This document shows positions 59,700 through 64,000 of a stretch of DNA of 64,000 bases, in pieces. The notes under the pieces are model-generated. The model worked only from the letters and a program-made list of their open reading frames with translations, did no database searches and was not told where the DNA came from. Both the position numbers and the translations under genes were made by a program. Source of the DNA: Setoptus koraiensis (Eukaryota; Animalia; Arthropoda); contig CM106585.1 of NCBI GenBank assembly GCA_048013815.1, positions 496,001 through 560,000 on the forward strand, in the 5' to 3' direction. Every line of letters starts with the position of its first letter. Position 1 is the stretch's first letter.

Positions 59700-62600
59700 T
59701 AGAACAACAGATAAATGGATAAACAAAGAATAAGCTGTTTGTATAAACGGTGGTTGTTGCATCAACCACGTTGAGTTGTGATGCCCGATATGAGAGATGA
59801 ATGATAGCAGCGAGGCATGACGTAATAGTCAAGTTATGGCCCCGATGGTTGAATGCCTCGCGAGTTCTTTGGTGGACGCGATGATGATAATAGTAATAAT
59901 ATAATATGATGCTATGTTATATTGAAGAGCTTGGCTAGGCTGTTTCTCTCGTAGTTGCAGTTGGAGAAAATGGAGAAAATGCGGAAAATGCAGCCAATGT
60001 GCGATATGTGCTGTTGTTGAAGAGCACAACTTTTACAAGAATTACCCACAAGCGGACCGTTTATACAGCCAGTCACATATATGATATCACTAGTTATTGC
60101 GGCCAGCCAGTGAGTCAGTGAGCGACCAGAATTAGACAGATGATTCATTCATATTCGTACATACATAAACAACGTGCCCCCTCTTTGTCTTACTCTCACA
60201 TGGCAAATGCACAGTGAGCTGACCGCATGCCACAACCTCTTGACCGTCATAGTTGCGTCATCTTGCGTATAGTGTGCGTTTGATGATAACAACAACAACA
60301 AACAACAACAACAGCAATAAGCATAAGATAGATAGAGACATCATCGCTTGATCACTAATGTCTTGCTGTCAGTTGTAATTGCTAGCCAGCGCTTGCAAGC
60401 CAGAGACAACAACAGAGAGACATTGGTCAGTGTTAGGTGGCCCTCGCAAGCCACTTGAGCAAGGCACAACCTAAACAACAATATCGGTAGCTGGGTAGAC
60501 CAGTGTGTGGGTGCACGAGATACCCTCGCAAACAAGTGCAATTGTTTAATTTGATAGTGCCAGCTCTAAAGTAGTGCCACTGCTTGTACCTCGCTGCCCA
60601 CAATCAGGGTATCGTGATGATGATGATGATGGTCATCTATGTCGAGTTGTTGTATATAGCTGGTGCTGTTGTTGTATTCTAATTAGAATTTGCTCATTTC
60701 TTTGCACTGCGCGCTCATCATACACTATTGCACTGTTCCAACAATGTAATACAACAGCGACTAGTGGCACGCGCAAAAGGCCACTTGTGCCACATTCAAC
60801 AACAAATGTGCAAATCGCGCACGCACAGAATTGTGGCCTGAGCAGAGGGCACATAGGGGCACTGGCGACTTGCCAACTAGTGTCCGACGGTGTTAGTTGT
60901 GGCCAGTTTCGTTCCATCAAACTGACCAACGATCACGGCGAGCCTTAAAACCATTCAATCATGGCGCTCAAACCAAACAGCCGACCAACAGCAATCATTC
61001 CGAGGGCCGATCGCAACAACACTGCACGTGCTTGGTGCATCGTGTAAAACTGGCTAGCCGCTGGAATGGTCATTTATCGAAACCGACGCTCACCATTCAT
61101 GTGATGCTATCTTTATCTGTATGTGTGTCTGTCACTGTGTAGCTCATCACGATATCCAGAGTAGAATAGATTACATCAGGTGCCGGCACAGTAGCTGTGC
61201 CAGTTGACCGGAAATAGCTCAGAATAGTGGGGATAATGGTTGTTGTTGTTAATAAATTTTATCCATTCCACTCCATCATGCTATGTCGAGCCATGGCAGC
61301 TACACAATGTTTAGCGCGTGTATATTCATTAAGTATGGGCTGGTGGCAGTAACTAGATCAAGCCAGTAGAGTTGTTGATAATACAGCTAGCTGCTATGCA
61401 CACATGAACAAAAATGATGATCATATTTCGCTTATCTTTGCTTGTTAGAAAGCAGAGATAAGCTGTCACGAGCCATGTCACGTGACGTGACACACTGCTG
61501 CCGGTTTTATTGAACCGGCATCAGCTGATTGTGAGTGACAATTGTGAGTATGGCAATGGTGCGATATTGGCTGATATTCGAGTTTATATTTGTATGTTAA
61601 TATTTGAGTGTGTTTGTGTGCATTGGCAGGCTATCCATACCGTGTCGTGCAATCACAGCAGCAGCTTGGCCGCACTTGCTGACAATAATTCAATCAAATA
61701 ATCAATTGCTTGCTCGAACCATTGATTACCAGGAATTTGTCCAGTGACTGTTCGAAAGGTGATGCCCTATTCGCTCATGGCAGACATTTTTCCAGCCTCG
61801 AGCCTCCATTATTGTGCATTGTTGTGATGGCGCGTCCATTATCAGCAGCGAAGATGGGCTGCAATCACACGCTATTTGTATTCGCTGCAATCTTTCCATT
61901 ATTGGCTATTTCTGGCTATCATTGCTGTATTCGCTGTTTTTTCGCCCCGTTTTTTTTTCGCTTTTCACAATATCACAACTGAGCATTATGTCATAATCGC
62001 ATAATCAGATAATCACATTGAAGAATTACCCCGCCACCTATGTCTCGCTTGACACACACTCGGCAACACGCTCACAAAGCCATACGCATCCTGTCTGACA
62101 GCATTTGTTTCATCGCAATCGACAACTGTCGTCTAGCCGACTGTCGTATGTTATCTGCCACAATTATCTGCTGCACTCCGTACTTTGGCCAGCCTCACTT
62201 TTTGGGGCCCGCAGCTCGATCTTTGGCCAGCTTGATCTTTCCGGGTTAGGAAGGTTGGATCACACGTTTGTGCAGCTGCCGCTGCTGAAGGCACCACGGG
62301 CCAGCACGAGCAGACAGTTGTCGCCTGCTGGCAAAAGTTGGTGAAAATTAAACTAGACACAACGGCGCTGCCGCCAGTCGCACAATTTCACCTGACACTA
62401 ATCTGAGTAAATGTTATTGATGAACTGCCCTTTGTAATAACTGTAAATGTGAGCATTAACAAAAATTTGAGCGCTCCATATCGAAGCAGTTTGTCTTTTC
62501 ATTTTATTTTATTTTATTTTTTCATTTCATTCATCAGTTCTTTTACTCTCTTCTTTTTCTCTTTGTATGCGCTTTCGTCCACCAATTCGCAAGCACACAA

Positions 62601-64000
62601 ACACTAACAGTTGCTCTCTTTAATATTGATCTTTACACGAGAGGCGCCTCTATCTGCCGCTGCCAAAATCTATGGCTTCCTATAGACCATTACGGGCTAG
62701 CAGATGTTACATGAGTAGCGATGTTGCGACATTGCCGAGAATTTTTAGCGCCAGAGTAGCGCCAGAGTTGTCGTCGATACCACTACCGTTATCGAGTTGC
62801 TATCACCAGCAGCACCATTTCACTGATGATGAGAGAGGCACCATGTTCACAGTTGACCACTCATCAATAGAGATTCGATTAGTCAACTGGAATAGGCCCC
62901 TAGTGAGAGATTGATACCACTACAACTTGTAATAAATAATTGGTATGTCCACTAAAGTGTCCATAACTCGCAAAATAATTTTTGTGCAACAAGAGAATGC
63001 ATTTTTGCTGCTGTTGAAAATATTCCGGATGTTTCATGTCTTGAATGTCCCATGAGTCGGTCATGAGTGTCTTGGCTATCGCCAAGCAGGTAGCCAATCG
63101 GCCAATTGATGACACACTCTGACGACTGATAACTCCGATATTGTATCAGTGATATAGTGTCGGAATGGCATTGTTGAAAAAGCCCATGGTGTGTATAGCA
63201 TATTCTTTGGCTTCGCAGCTCGCTTTTGCTCCTATCTGGCAATACCAACAAAAACTAAAACAACAGCAACAACTGATCATCTCTTTGGCACGATTACTCG
63301 ATGGTTGTGGACGAATTCATCATACGCTTTGTGAGGTAAGTGGGCAAGCCATTACAGCCATGTGTAAATATGGACCGGTGGATGTATAGACATTGTGACA
63401 ATTCCGTGTGCATAGACGTAAACAGTTAGCCAGTGATGTGCACCATAGAATCAGACAACATAGAGAAAAGAGGGAGCGTGGGAGTGAGAGAGTGATAACG
63501 AAGAGACATAATAGAGTTAAACTCACATGGGCAAACTCATATCCAGTGTGACTGGATATAAGTTTTGGTCTAAGTGAGTGCACAGGTACACACGGGTGGC
63601 TAGTGAGGAAATGATTTCTTGTCACGTATTTCATCAATTTATTGCAGGTAATAGAATTGAATTTTTATGTTGTGACGCCCTCCACTGCAGCAGCCATGGC
63701 AACAGCAGCAACAGCAGCCAATTCTCAATACGCCAGCCTGGCCAACACGAGAGAGCCCTCATAATAGTTCCGTTCACTAGTAGCCAAAAAGAATTTTTTC
63801 GCCTTGCTTGTCGGAAATTGCAATTTAGTTTCAGACACAAAAGTGAGCAGATCTCGAAATTGATTACTCTTCACACAGCGTGTGACCGTGTCGTCTAAAA
63901 AATCCCTCTCGAATATTTCATTTATTGTCATCAATTAGTGATGCGTTGCAACAAAAACGTGTCCTCACTGGCAGCATCCATGGTCGAAATGAAGGGAAGT

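Larger units (their letters stand above)
26435..64000. other. Large region without any recognisable intact CDS
   Basis: All listed ORFs are short or repeat-derived and show no family motif I recognise. Rich in CA, GA and CAA repeats. Confidence 0.6.

Noticed and set aside
1-64000. CRISPR arrays, tRNA, rRNA, telomeric arrays
   Set aside because: No repeat-spacer structure, cloverleaf or rRNA-like sequence seen; the GGTTCGA hits near 29195 and 31609 lack tRNA context.

Overview
Eukaryotic window with an intron-poor, tightly packed gene cluster; a miniaturised mite genome such as an eriophyoid's is my inference, not something the sequence proves. Bases 1-2613 are strongly G-depleted and probably an unpolished contig end, followed by an exact 500-N scaffold gap. 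The cluster (3.1-26.4 kb) holds a kismet/CHD7-family remodeller (about 4,057 aa from the first visible Met, one 224-nt intron), POMT1/rotated abdomen, a divergent Na+/K+-ATPase alpha (true last exon at 20829-20949, missed by the ORF track) and a divergent hexokinase head-to-head with the ATPase. The top finding is a 381-aa protein joining two HP1-like chromodomains, a Ulp1/SENP-type cysteine protease with an apparently intact His-Asp-Cys triad, and a C2H2 zinc finger. The ATPase has a 273-nt stop-free insertion that carries donor, branch-point and acceptor signals (candidate exitron) and a shortened ouabain-binding loop. The remaining ~37.5 kb has no recognisable intact gene. It contains microsatellites, a decayed IS630-Tc1-mariner transposase fragment and weaker pseudogene-like relics.
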